From positions 371,322 through 435,321 of the forward strand of contig ML996690.1 of the NCBI GenBank assembly GCA_010356995.1: DNA of 64,000 nucleotides, given 5' to 3'. The stretch is from Trichodelitschia bisporula (lineage: Eukaryota). Positions 45,697-58,219 of this stretch are shown piece after piece. The translations under genes and the position numbers were made by a program. The first letter of the stretch is position 1; each line of letters begins with the position of its first letter. Under the pieces are notes generated by a model that worked only from the letters and a program-made list of their open reading frames with translations, was not told the origin of the DNA and ran no database searches.

Positions 45697-46473
45697 ATGG
45701 AGAACTCCCTTTCGTTCTCCATCGAGCCGGCTACGTACGCCGATGTCCATGCTTTGGCTACAATCGCCACTATCTCAATGGCCCAGGATCGACAAACGCA
45801 GCTGAAAACCCTGGGCGGCGTTTCGTACACGACGGTGGCCGGATGGGCTGAAGGCGTGCGCTGGTCATTGAAGAACCCGAAATACGCCTTCTTGAAAGCG
45901 GTCGACAGCGAGACAAAGGAAATTGTGGGCTCAATCAGCTTATGCTTCTACGGATTCGACCCCAAGGACATTCCACACTCGGACCCGGGGGAAGAACCTG
46001 TGTTGCCTGAGAGAGATGCGCAGCAAGAATCGGACGCCCGAACTGAGGCAGACGAAGAAGCGCAGAGAGCAATTGTGAAAATCGACGAAATGGAGGGTGC
46101 GGACATGCAGCGGTGGCAAAAGATTTTGATGCCAGAGGGTTCTAAATGCATCATCATAACTGGACTGTCGGTTCATCCTAGCTTTCGCAGAAGAGGCATC
46201 GGCAATGCACTTGTCAATTGGGGAACGAGCAGAGCAGATGCGCATGGAGTCTACATGTGGGTACACTCGTCCGAGGGCGCCTACAGGTTGTATGCAAAGA
46301 CTGGATTTGATGTCGTCGGGACGCTGGATGTCGACCTTGATGATTACGCACCATTTCCACCGAAGGACGAGGGGGAAGATGCGAAGTGGGGACACTATCT
46401 CATTCGATATATGAAGCGATTGCCCCGCGCCGGTGAGACAGAGGCGCCGCCGTCTCAGTTACGAGAGCCGTAG
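45697..46473 (+). CDS. GNAT-family acetyltransferase
   Basis: Acetyl-CoA binding motif LSVHPSFRRRGIGNALV; AYRLYAKTGF. Confidence 0.9.
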   Translation: MENSLSFSIEPATYADVHALATIATISMAQDRQTQLKTLGGVSYTTVAGWAEGVRWSLKNPKYAFLKAVDSETKEIVGSISLCFYGFDPKDIPHSDPGEEPVLPERDAQQESDARTEADEEAQRAIVKIDEMEGADMQRWQKILMPEGSKCIIITGLSVHPSFRRRGIGNALVNWGTSRADAHGVYMWVHSSEGAYRLYAKTGFDVVGTLDVDLDDYAPFPPKDEGEDAKWGHYLIRYMKRLPRAGETEAPPSQLREP

Positions 46474-46739
46474 CGCGTCGGGGTCGACAGAATAGACGAC
46501 TAGGTGAAACCAATATCAAAGACCACGGAGCAATAGAAGCGGGTTGGACCGTTGGAATTGGATGCCAAGCTGTCCAGGAACTAGTTTCATAGCATCCTGC
46601 AATATCTATTGCGCCTTGACATGGAAGCATAGAAGCTCAATGTGACTGCCCACGCGCCGCCCGACTTTTATTTCACCAGTACCAGCTCGCAGTCAATCAT
46701 GAACGCCGTTGCAATACTGAACGAAAGCTCTTCAGCAAT

Positions 46740-47203
46740 CTACAACTCATCCTTCTTCACCCCCGCAATGCTAACAAGCTCCGTCTCAAACACAAGCACC
46801 GCGTTCGCAGGAATCGGCCCCATGGCACGCGCACCATACGCCCACTCCGGCTGAATCGTCAACTTGCGCTTCTCACCCGGGCACATATCCAGAAGTCCCT
46901 CGTCCCAGCCTTTGATGACCTGACCCTTGCCAACCGTAAACGAGAGCGGCTGGCCGCGATTGTACGAGGCGTCGAATTCAGTGCCTGTGGAGGCGGGGAT
47001 TAGCTTCAAGTTCCCAAGTTCATGGGGAGGGAAGATGTACCATCCGACTCCAGCGTGCCCCGGTAGTGCACATCGATCCGGTCGCCGCGCACTGTTTTCC
47101 GCGAGCACTCAGCCGGCTGGGTGACTTCGATGTTGAGCGGTTTGTCGAGCGCCGAGGCGGAGGCCAGGAGCAGGGAGGCGGCTGTCAGGAGGGAGAAGCG
47201 CAT
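46740..47203 (-). CDS. FPR2: ER FKBP-type peptidyl-prolyl isomerase (FKBP13), intron 47040-46985
   Basis: Signal peptide [39 protein letters not shown]...[12 protein letters not shown]-terminal KDEL. Confidence 0.95.
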
Positions 47204-47611
47204 TTTGGCAATTGTTTGTGTCTGGGATGCTTTTGGTGTGGATTTGAGGTTGGAAGGTGTTGGTGGCGGGTGACGTTGGGGAAATGTGTGGTTTTACGGT
47301 GACGGTATGGAGATGTGGCGTCTTGACGCCGCCAGGTTAGGCTGCCAAGCCTGCTGTCCGACTCCAAATTGCCCAATCTCAGCGAGTTGGAACGAGGCTG
47401 AGGCGACGGATCGGCAGTCGTTAGCATGGAGCGTCATCCAAGTAGCACACTACTTTCCAAGGCGCAGCACAGGGGTGGGAAATGACTTTGATCGCATATG
47501 TACAAAACAATAGCATTATTTACCAGTGGTATCAAAAGACAAGGGCCGTTCCCTCATGAGACGCCGTAGACCATGCTCAATAGTGACTCCAGACGCAATG
47601 CCCGTTACCCA

Positions 47612-49193
47612 TTACCGGTAGTCCTTTACTCCAGCAGGCGCCGGAATATGCTCCCACATGCGCTCTCCCGCATCCCAATGCTTCTTCAGAACGAGGAGCA
47701 TTCTGCTTCCACAGAAGCCACCAGGTCGCGCCCTGCGACCAACCGTCTCCCAATGCCCATGCTCCTGAACCTCCGTCGTCAGGTCGTCTCTATTGGCCCG
47801 AGCCTTGAGCTGCGGGCCGTCAAATACCCACTCTTGGTGCATCACTTTGTCGCCAGGCTCCTCCTCGCGCCGAGGTTGGAAAGTCGGGCGGCCGACGATC
47901 CAGTTAAGCCATGAATGAGGGACGGCATAGAGGCGCTCGAAACGCCTGGTAAACTCGAGCCACGAAAAGGTTGTCGCGTCATACGCTACCCGAATATAAG
48001 GGTTCACGTAAATTCCGGAGTCGAAAGGTTCTGTGTGCCCATGATCGGTTGCCGACACCGCAGCGGCCAGGTCGGCGTGGATGAGACAGCACTCAGATGC
48101 CTCCCAGAAAATCTCTTGCTCTGCTCGAAACTCAAGTGAGGGAGCAGTGACATCGGTCTTGTTCGCTTCGAACCACTTCGCCTCAAAGGCAACCATTCCG
48201 CCCCAGCAACTCTTAACGCGCACTGCGTCTGTGCCCGATAACACATCCTTCCTGCTAATTCCATGTCCAGCACCCGTGAACCAGGGAAAGAACGGAACAC
48301 CAATATTATGTCCTTCGGAATCGCGCAAGGCGAATGTATCGTAGAACTTGACGCTGTTGACAAAGTCCATAGCGCATGCGGCATGATAGTGTGTGCGGCC
48401 GTCTGGTCCAATCTTGGTTGCAAACAGAAGATCCGCGGCATCCTGTGGTGAGAAAACTATGTCGTTGACGAAAAGAAGCTTGTCGAACTTCCCTGCCGAA
48501 CCAGTAACAAGCGGTTGGATGGCCATATTCCTAACTTCGGCAAGGTATGCGACGCGCTTGACGCGCAGCTCGTCCGGAAGGATTTGTACAGGGGGAAAGG
48601 TATCAAGATCGATGTGGCCCGAAGCAATCGCGGATTTGCCTGACATACGTTAACCTCAGACGATCGTGAGGGATGAGAATCCTACACTTGACTTTGTTTC
48701 TGAGCTCCTTCAATGCTGCTTTCGTGCCCGATCCACTGTCATTCTCATAGATGCTCAGAAAGACGTTGTCGACTCCGAGCACATCTATCAGTTCCAGAAT
48801 AGCGGCGCCCCATGCGCCCCGTATAAGAGATTCATCGACAATGTTGGCCGCAATGAAGACCTTCTCGTTGTGTGGATTTGTTCCTGTGTAGTGGGAAGGG
48901 CGGCGAGAATATGACGGATTGAAGATAGGCGTGAAGGCTATGTACACGGCGAGTAAGCTGGCGGCTGCGACGGCGCATCGGAGCAGCAAGCGCCACGTCT
49001 TCGAGCTCCTCGAGAGCCTGACATGTGTTCCGTGACCGGACTTCCATCGTCTGAAAGCGGAAGCAAAGGACCGTCTCCCCCTTGACTGCCGTTCTATCTC
49101 GAAGGTTTGGAACTCGGAATCGGAGGGTAGTGAGGAGTCCAGCGAGTCTCGGGCGATGCGCTGGTACTCATCGCGATGGCGGTTGAGCAACAT
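47612..49193 (-). CDS. GT69 / CAP59-like (CMT1-type) alpha-1,3-mannosyltransferase, intron ~48686-48640
   Basis: Type II TM anchor; VFLSIYENDS; RVAYLAEVRN; LFVNDIVF; ACAMDF..FYDTFALRD; VKSCWGGMVAF; ASECCLIHAD. Confidence 0.9.
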
Positions 49194-49405
49194 GTCTCGT
49201 GGAGTGGGGACATGGAGGGAAAGGTAAAGAGTACGCGCAAGTATGAGTACAACGTGGGGTCGATAAGCAGATGACTGCGCCGTAAGATGGACTTCGGGGA
49301 TTTATTTCGGCCTTTCTGTGAGACGACGCTATTCAAAGCCCGTGAGCCCTATCGCCTTCCGCTCTTTGGGGGCTGCCGGATCCTGGACCGGGTCCTTGGC
49401 TCGCA

Positions 49406-49553
49406 CGGTACGGTACGGTACGGTACACCAAACCAGAACGGTGGCGCTTGATAGATGCTTGGCATGCGTGAATGTGCCACCATGTGAGTGCCTGAGGATT
49501 TCATATACGAGGGTACGCTACAGCACGGCTTACCCCGATCGGCTTACCCCGAT
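49406..49553. promoter_or_regulatory. Repeated CGG elements in the divergent GT69/BNA4 promoter: (CGGTA)4 and a duplicated 14-mer carrying CGG-N6-CCG
   Basis: (CGGTA)x4 at 49406-49425; CGGCTTACCCCGAT x2 at 49526-49553. The function is inferred only. Confidence 0.4.
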
Positions 49554-49646
49554 CTGCTGACCAGGCTAACTGAATGACAAGACTCCAAGGCCATCCAAAT
49601 AGCATTGCCCTGATGTTTTTCTGCGCCAAATTACAACTTCATCGCA

Positions 49647-51391
49647 ATGGTCTCTCAGAAGAAGACCATAGTAGTCGGGGCCGGCCCGGTCGGCTCATTA
49701 GCTGCTCTTTACGCCGCTAATCGAGGAGACGATGTTGAGGTGTACGAGCTGCGCGGAGGTAAGTGCATCATGAAGCGAAGCCTGTGCGTATCTCCTCTTT
49801 TTACTGGTCGTGAGGTGGGCTTTACCCCAACTTGCTTGCACTGTCGATGTTCCCAACATCGGCCATTCACCAATGATGAGATAGATTATTGCAACTCTAA
49901 GATCGAGGCCTTTTTGACTCCTAATGACCATTATCAGACCCCAGAGACCCCTCTACTGTTCCGCTGAACTTCACTAAATCAATCAACTTGGCGTTGTCCG
50001 AGCGAGGAATCAATGCTATGCGGAATGCCGCTCATCCTGGCCTTCTCGATGCTGTGCTTGCGGAAACCATTCCCATGCACAGTCGAATGATCCATGGGCA
50101 GGAAGGCGGCCAGCTCCTTGAAGAGGCACAAGCATATGATGTGCACGGGAGGGTATGTCAATCGAACTTATGTCTTCTCTTGATCAGTGGCTGATGTGTG
50201 CAGTTATTGCGGGCTGTCGACCGGGCAGGTCTCAGTAAATGTCTTCTGGATGAGCTGGATCGGATGCCAAACATCAAGTTCTTCTTCAACCACAAACTCG
50301 TCGGTGCCGACTTTCGGAGAAAACTCGCCTGGTTCGAGCGGAAGATCCCAAAGTCTCAAGACCTGTTGTCGAACCCGAGTCAACCTGGATCTGGAACGGA
50401 GAAAAACGAGCTTGAGGTGTCTTTTGACTTCATGATCGGTGCCGATGGCGCACACTCCGCGGTCCGGTATCATTTGATGAAGTACACGAGGATGTCCTAT
50501 CAGCAGGAGTATATCGACGCGCTGTGGTGCGAGTTTCAGATATCTCCTGCTAAAACCACGAACGGAGACGACTTCAAAATTTCACCGAACCATTTCCATA
50601 TTTGGCCGGGCGGAGACTTCATGTTCATTGCCATCCCCAGTCTCGACAAGACGTTCACATCAACCTTATTCCTCCCGCAGGCTAAGTTTGACGAGCTGGA
50701 TGGAACTCCTGATGTATTGGTGCCGTTCTTCAAGGCCAACTTTCCAGGTGTCGTGCCGGACCTGATTTCGGAAATCGAATTGCAGAACCAGTACCAGAAC
50801 AACCCGCATCTGCCTCTCATATCCATCAAGTGCAACCCGTATCACTTCGGGTCTAGCGTTGTCATACTTGGAGATGCGGCTCACGCCATGGTTCCGTTTT
50901 ACGGCCAGGGTATGAATGCCGGAATGGAAGACGTGAGGATTCTGTTTGAGCATCTCGACAAGTACAACCCTTCGACACAGCCAGGACAAATTCGTGATCA
51001 TCTCCTCACCAAGGCGCTGGAGGAATACACTGAAACTAGGCGTCCCGATGCGGCCGCCATCAACGATATGGCCATTCGAAATTACCAAGAGATGCGCAGT
51101 GATGTCCGCTCTCCGACCTACAAGCTTCGTAAGGCGATTGAAGAGTTCCTCTACGCTCGCTTCCCGACTCTGGGGTGGGCTACTCAGTACTCACGCGTGA
51201 GCTTCAGCAATGAACGCTACTCTGAAGTGGTGAAAAAGTCACAGCGGCAAAAGAAGATACTGCTTACACTTTTCGGTACAATATTGGTGTCTGGTTTGTC
51301 TGGAGGAGTTTGGTGGGCCTTGAGTGCACACCCCGCTGCTCGGATAGTTAGGCTGATTACCGGATGGTTGCGCCCTTTTCGTCGCACGTGA
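49647..51391 (+). CDS. BNA4: Kynurenine 3-monooxygenase, 3 exons (introns ~49759-49937, ~50153-50203)
   Basis: [74 protein letters not shown]-terminal TM. Confidence 0.96.
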
Positions 51392-52110
51392 GATATGGTC
51401 GTCCGGATGGAGTGGCTGTCAGCATACCGGCATAGGTACCTCGATGTACACTAGAACTAGAACTAGACATTTGACACTAGACACTAGATCTTGATATGCG
51501 AAGAGAACTATTCCACTCCATGAGACTGAACATTGTTCAAAGGCTAAAGACCATGCTACTGGACTGGTTCAGATACCAGGTGAGGCTTTAAGTGCCCCAG
51601 AGTGACTGCCCGTTCATGCCTCCCGTTAAGCAGACGAGGTCCGCATGTGTGGCTGAGCGCAAGGCTTCAAAATGCTGAACAGCTGCTCTTTGACTGCACA
51701 CTTTTTGGGCGCGTATATCAAGTTCTCTCGAAAAGATGCGCCCTTAAAGTAGATGAAAGTATAGAGTTTAGATCATCCCAATCAAGTATTAAAAACTTCA
51801 TTAGGGGTCAAATGCTCTTTGAAATGGCCTTGAGAGTTGCAACTTCTTGTCTCAACTGCCGAGGGCAGCCTTCCCACTGCTGTGGCTGGTGCCCTTGATA
51901 GGCCCATCTTGGCACTCGCCCACCTCCGCGCAAACTCCGCAACGACGACGTCCGCACCACCCAACGCATCCCTCGATCCCGCGTCGCGCCTCAAACCAAG
52001 CAGCAAGTGCTTTATCAACAATCTCGGCTCTAGGTCCTTCAATTGTGCCCTTAGACACGCCCGTCGAGCGCCCCGATATCCCTTCTTCCTCGAGCCAGCC
52101 ACCGCCGAAA

Positions 52111-52512
52111 ATGCTCGCTCGCACAATTCTCCTGCCGCTGCGGCAGTCCCTATTTGCTCCTTTCTGGACGCTCGCCGCTGCCGCGGGACAGCAGCGTGGG
52201 CTGGCATCGATGGCAGGAGCGTGGAGGCCACGGAGTGCGACTCTGGCGCAGGTTGCGCGGGGAGGTACGGTGGAGCAGGTCCGGGGAATGAAGGTGCGTT
52301 TGCGGTCGGATTGTGGATTGCAGATGGGATGCTAATGGAGGGGGGTTAGGTGCGCAGCTCGGTCAAGAAGCTGTGTGATGGGTGCAAGAGCGTACGGCGT
52401 AAGGGTGGCAAGTACGTGTACATCATCTGCAGTAAGAATCCGAAGCATAAGCAGCGGTAAGTGGGCATGTTCTTGGGCATCGGCACAGCTAATGTGTTGT
52501 AGGCAAGGATAG
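52111..52512 (+). CDS. RTC6: Mitochondrial ribosomal protein bL36m, 3 exons (introns 52294-52349, 52457-52502)
   Basis: Presequence-like [14 protein letters not shown]; spliced [45 protein letters not shown]. Confidence 0.93.
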
Positions 52513-52602
52513 AGAGGCGGATAGGGCTGTATTATATGGGCTGTAGGAGGTTTAGACGACAATGATACTCTTGTCTCCGGCTACCTTGAGTGTGCTCGTT
52601 TT

Positions 52603-53162
52603 TCATGGGCGCTTGATCATCTCGTCTTCTGGCTTGCGGGACCGTCCGTCTACTTTGACGTAGTGCAGCTTGTCGAGGTCAATGCCTTCGACTGTTCTGA
52701 TCTACGGCTGCATAAACCGATGTGTTGCCCGCCGGGAAGGCTATACTTACATTGATGCCGAGGCAGCCAATGTCGGGGAGGAGGTCGTTCGGGACGATGA
52801 AGATGCTTGTGCCGCACTCGGAGCAGAACTGGTGCTTTCGGTTGTGCGGAGGGAACGAATAGGTCTACTATCATTAGCCGGAGGCTTGCGGAGGCTTGCC
52901 TTGAGCCACCTTGAGCCTGTTTTCTCCCGTGATTGTCACGTCCTCGGCCTTAGGGTAGACATTGATGTAGCCATAGGCGGTACAAATGGTGCCTGATCCA
53001 GTTAGAGCTCTGTCAGCCTTATCAATGGGACCTCGCACAGTTGCACAGTACGACCTGGCGCTCTTCGATACTAGGTGAGATACTGAAGTCAGCCTTCACG
53101 GCGCCGCAATGACATTTGGCGGAGTAGGTTCCGGTAAAATTGGCAGCATTAGTGCCCGTCAT
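52603..53162 (-). CDS. GFA/Mss4-like (CENP-V family) zinc-binding protein, 4 exons (introns 53038-52993, 52909-52865, 52750-52702); not in ORF track
   Basis: Manual splicing gives MTGTNAANFTGTYSAKCHCGAV...LCNCTICTAYGYINVYP...HQFCSECGTSIF...GINIRTVEGIDLDKL..VDG, containing the CxCG / CxCxxC / FCxxCG signature. Confidence 0.88.
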
Positions 53163-53417
53163 ATTGCTTCTGTTTATGTTGAATACGAAAAACTGGGATT
53201 GAAGCTGTACTGGTGACTGTAGTAATAAGCATCACATAATAAGGCGTCTGCCTGGCACGCCTGGTCATCGTGCAGATCTATGCGGGGGTAGCTGTACCAC
53301 TTCCACATCCTGGCATGTGGCACCACCACCACCGACCTCGAACACGTCCAACCGCTGCATATCTCAATCTCAAGTCACAACCGCATTCCGCGCACACATT
53401 GCCATCACCCACCCACC

Positions 53418-55372
53418 ATGGGCCAGGGACCATCAGTACCGGGCCCAGCGCCCACAATAGGTACGTATACCCCGCCCTCTCACGGCGCGCCCCTCGCGGC
53501 CATCCAGCTCAAGCTAGGCTGACACCATCAAAAACAGAAGAGCTCTCCTTCGCCCTCACCGAGACCTTCGCCACAAAATGCTACTCCCCCCTCGAGCTCT
53601 ACTGCTTCAAGCAACTCTTCAAGTCGCTCGCCGAAGATGCGTCCGGCGTACGCTACTGGAGCGAGGGCACGCTGGTGCGCTTCCTCGAGCTGCCGGACGC
53701 CCTCGCCGTCGGGCCCGTCATCTTCCAGCTCGTCAGCTACCTCGGCGCCTTTCCCTTCCCCAGCCAGGCGCCCGCTATCCTCACGAACGATGCTCTGCTT
53801 CGTGCACTTACGGTCCTGACCGGCCGCTGGGTCAAGTGTCTGCGGAGTGCGCGGCCCAAAGCTATGTGGAGGCGCGAGATATGGCGCGGCTGTGCTGTGT
53901 TCGACCGCATGGCTGAGGCGGAGACGAAACGAAAAAGTCGTGATCTTGCAGCACAGGAGGCCGCGGACGGAGATGGCAAAGGGTGCGCGGTTGACCAACC
54001 GGCCTCGGATGACGATGAGGACGACAATGATGACGACGAGATGGTGCTCTCGGCCTTCGAGTCCATGGACGCAAGCGACGCCTTCAAGCTGGGCGAGAAA
54101 CCAAACTTGCAGCACGCTATGATCCCCTCGGACAACTTCCTCCGACTCCTCGAACTGCTCCTGCTCATAGCCCCCATTACACCAACCGAAAGCGTGGCAT
54201 CGTACGCTATTGCGCTCGACACAAAACGCCTCAACCGTCTGCGCGCCGTCGCCGGCTGCATGCTCGCGTCGTTCGGCGTCGAGCAGCACCCGGGCATCTC
54301 GTACCGCGTGTTTGAGACCGTCATCTCTGCCACCATGCCGCACCTACTCGAGCCACTCTCCCCGCTTTTCGAGCACTTCCTCTTCTCCAAAGACTTCGCC
54401 CCAACTCGGAGCATGTCCACCTCCTCTACACTCGACCCCTCCCACCCCTCCCCACCCCCTAAACTCCCCCCCCTACCCCTCAAAGCCCCTGCCTTCGCAA
54501 AGCATCACATCCTCGAACCCCCCCTCCTAGCCCAGCTCGCCTCCTTCCTCCCCCTCTCCACACTCTCCAACCTCCAACCCCTCTACTCCGGCTCAAACGA
54601 CGGCTTCAGCATGGGCTCCTTCGAAAAAGCTGTCTTCCACTACCGCGCCCCAACCCTCCTACTGCTCCGCGGTTCCCTCCTCCCCTCTAATCCGACCGGC
54701 TCCACCCAACGCACCTTCACCGAGTCCCTCCCCTCGCGCCACTTCCCCTCTTCCGCTCCGCCTAAAACCCCTCTAGTCTACGGTCTCTTCCTCCCCGAAC
54801 CCTGGCGCTTAACCCCAAAACACCCGATCGGCGGACCAGGCACGCTGCTCTTCCAACTCAGCCCCACGCACGACGTCTTCCCCGCCTCAACCCTCAGCGC
54901 CTCCTACGCCTACTTCTGCCGCGGGCCCTCGCTGCACACCGGTCTCGGCGCGGGCTCCGCGCTCCCCAGCGCCGCTGCCACCGGGTCTTCGCTCCCCAAG
55001 CCCGTGCGCCGCTCTAGCACCCTCGATGCACATGTCCCGCTCGGCCCTGTAGCGCTGCACGTAGATGACGCGCTCGAGTACGCGGTCTTCACGCATGACT
55101 CCGGTGGCGGCGGGTCGTTCTTGCCAAGTCGTCTGCCACTGCGCAGGAAAGCGGATTGGCAGGATCGGTTCGCGATTGAGGAGCTGGAGGTTTGGGGGTG
55201 TGGAGGCGCGCAGGAGGCGGAAGAGCAGGCGAGGCGGTGGGCGTGGGAGGAGAGGGAGGCGGAGGCGCGGAGGAGGATTAATCTTGGTACTGGGGATGTG
55301 GAGGCTGATAGGGAGTTGTTGCGGATGGCGGGGATTATTGGCGAGGGGAGGAGTGGGGGTAGTATGGGGTAG
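53418..55372 (+). CDS. RTC5: TLDc-domain protein Rtc5, intron 53461-53537
   Basis: Myristoylation-type N-terminus MGQGPS; FATKCYSPLELYCFK; LYSGSNDGFSMGSFE..VFHYRAPTLLLLRG; ELEVWGCGG...WEEREAEARR...DRELLRMAGIIG. Confidence 0.92.
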
Positions 55373-55674
55373 GATTTATGGGATGGGTATGAAACACAGG
55401 ATAGTTGTAATGGAAGCTTGCCTAATTGAAAGGCGCAGGCCTCCGGCGAAGCTTTGATGATATCAATGACCAAGTTACCATGACTCCGAGGTCATTCCTC
55501 GTATCTAAGCCTATGGCCTATGCCGTCTAATCCCCACCGTGAGCGGAATATGTCCCCATTTTCCCAACCAGATCCTCATTCGCATCATCCAGATATGTGC
55601 ACCCCATGCCGCCCGATAATGTACAACACCCGCCCGCGCTCCCTTCACTCACACAACGCAGCACACCTTACACC

Positions 55675-56407
55675 CTACTTCTTATTCCGATCTGCCTGCA
55701 TCTTCTCATACTTCGCCACCAGCTCCTTCTGCAGCATCGGGGTCGCGGGAGAATAATGACTAAACTCCATGCTAAACTCGCCCTTGCCTTGTGTCGCCGC
55801 GCGCAGCTGGGAACTAAACCCAAACATCGAATTGAGTGAACAATCTGCATACACCGTAAACTCCTCAACCCCCACTTCTGTCTCATGAATAACCGCATTC
55901 CGCTTATTCAACAATCCGACAATATTGCCCTGGAACTCGTTCGGTGCGGTGATGGTAGTCTTCATCAGCGGTTCCAGGACTTGGGGCTGGCCCTGGACGA
56001 AGGCTTTGCGGAAGGCTTGCTGGGTTGCGTTTTTGAAGGCTAGTTCCGAGGAATCGGTCTGATGCGTTGCGCCGTCGTTGATGACCATGCATGTACCCAG
56101 GACGCGGTGGCCGATCAGCGGCCCGCGCTCGCAGGACGCCATGAAACCCTTTTCGCAGGCGAAGAGGAACTTCTCAGAAATATGTCCGCCGGTGACTTGG
56201 CTCTCATAGTTATTCTTCGTCAAATCGCCCGTCGGCTCTAGCCAGCCGCACACACGGGCGTAGTCGCCCGCACCACCGGTTTGCTTCTTCAGCAGGTGGT
56301 CGAAGGGGACGTGTTGCGTAATCGTCTCGCGATACGCGACTTGGGGCTGCCCAGTCTCGCACTCGACTTTGTATTCGCGGCGCATGCGCTCGACGTAGAT
56401 GTCGAGA

Positions 56408-56440
<33 letters not shown>

Positions 56441-58219
56441 TTGGACTCGGCGTCGACGTGTACGCGGAAGGTGGGGTCTTCGCGCTGGAAGCGGTTCATG
56501 GCTTTAGAGAAGTTGTTGCCGTCTTTTTGGTTCTTGGGTTTGATGGAGAGGGAGATGACGGGCTCGGGGACGTACATGGAGGACTAGGCGCGCGGTTAGC
56601 CTGAGAAGGTATATGGGGAGAGATAGGGGCTTTACCATGCTGTACTCTAGCTGTCCATCCGTGAACGTATCGCCAGATGCGCAGTCCACGCCAAACACGG
56701 CGCAGATCTCACCAGCCCCAATCTCGGGAACTTCCTCCATTTCATTGGAATGCATGCGGACAATGCGGGGAATGCGAATCTTGCGGCCAGAGCGCGCATT
56801 ATACACGTTCATCGACTTCTTCAGCGTGCCCTGGTACACGCGGATGTACGTAAGCTGGCCGAAGTTGCTCTCCTCGAGCTTGAAAGCCAGGCCCACAAAC
56901 GGCGCCGAGTTGTACGGCACAAGTTTGACGGGTAATTCCTTTCGCCGTTGGTCGAGCGCCATGTTGACCACTTCCGAGGGGTTGGGGAGGTAGTCACACA
57001 CGGAGTCTAGCATTGGCTGCACACCTGTGTTAGCAAGGGCCGAACCCATGACGACGGGTGTAAACTTGAGGCCGATGGTTGCTCTCCGGATGGCGTCCTT
57101 GATCTGCTCGTTGGTCGGCTCCTGCTCGTCGAGGAAGATCTCGGCGATCTCATCATCGACATCGGCCAGGGTCTCGATGAGTTTCGATCTCCGCTCCTGC
57201 GCCAGCGGCAACACATCCGCCGGAATCTCATCCGACTCTTCGATAATCTCGCCATCGGCACCCTTGTTGTAGATAGCCTTCATCCGTATCAGATCCACGA
57301 CACCCTTGAAATCCTTCTCCACTCCGATGGGGACCTGGATGGCCGCCGCCGCAATCCGCAGCTTCTGGTTGATCTGGTCGATGGCCTTGAACGGGTTCGC
57401 TCCCGCGCGGTCCATCTTGTTGATGAAGGATATACGGGGGATGTTATACCGACGCATTTGCCGGTCGACCGTAACCGTCTGAGACTGCACGCCGGACACG
57501 GCGCAAAGGATCATAACTGCGCCATCCAGCACGCGCAGCGCACGCTCAACCTCGATGGTAAAGTCGATATGGCCCGGCGTGTCAATCAAGTTGATATGGT
57601 AGCGCTCCTCCTTGCCATCCTCCTTCTTAACCCAGTCGCAGAACGTCGCCGCCGACTGAATAGTGATACCCTTCTCACGCTCCAGTTCCATAGAGTCCAT
57701 TTTAGCGCCCACGGCATCCTTGCCACGCACCTCGTGGATGGCGTTGATTCTCCCAGTGTAGAAAAGGACTCGTTCCGTGGCCGTGGTTTTTCCGCTGTCA
57801 ATGTGCGCCTGTGACTCTTAGCCTACGTCCACACCCCCACACCGGCGATATCCCTTACCGCAATACCAATATTCCTGCACTTGGACAACCGAGCCGCCTC
57901 CTTAGGATTCAGTCCCGCAATCATAGACTCAAGATCGATAGTAGCGGGGTCCTCGCTCGCCTCCCTGCGGGGCATTAGCTTCGAAACCTCACACACTCAG
58001 CAAAACATACGCCGACTTCGCCGCCGCCGCAGCGCTCGCATGTCTCCTCGACAACCACTGCTGAGCAAGAGGACACTGCCTCGCCTGCAACGGGCGCACA
58101 GCGGGGAGGGCGAAGACCCGTTGTCTCGGGGCCAATTGTGAAAAGCGGGCGATCTGAGGGGCATTGCGGACAGAGCGCAAGGCAGCAGCCTGCACTCGGG
58201 ACACCGCATGCGCTCTCAT
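55675..58219 (-). CDS. MEF1: Mitochondrial translation elongation factor G1, 4 exons
   Basis: [65 protein letters not shown]; presequence-like N-terminus. Confidence 0.96.

Noticed and set aside
46740..46754. KDEL rather than HDEL on FKBP13
   Set aside because: KDEL-type variants are ordinary in filamentous ascomycete ER proteins.
47612..49193. Cryptococcal capsule-type glycosyltransferase in an ascomycete
   Set aside because: GT69/CAP59-like genes are well known in non-capsulated filamentous fungi.
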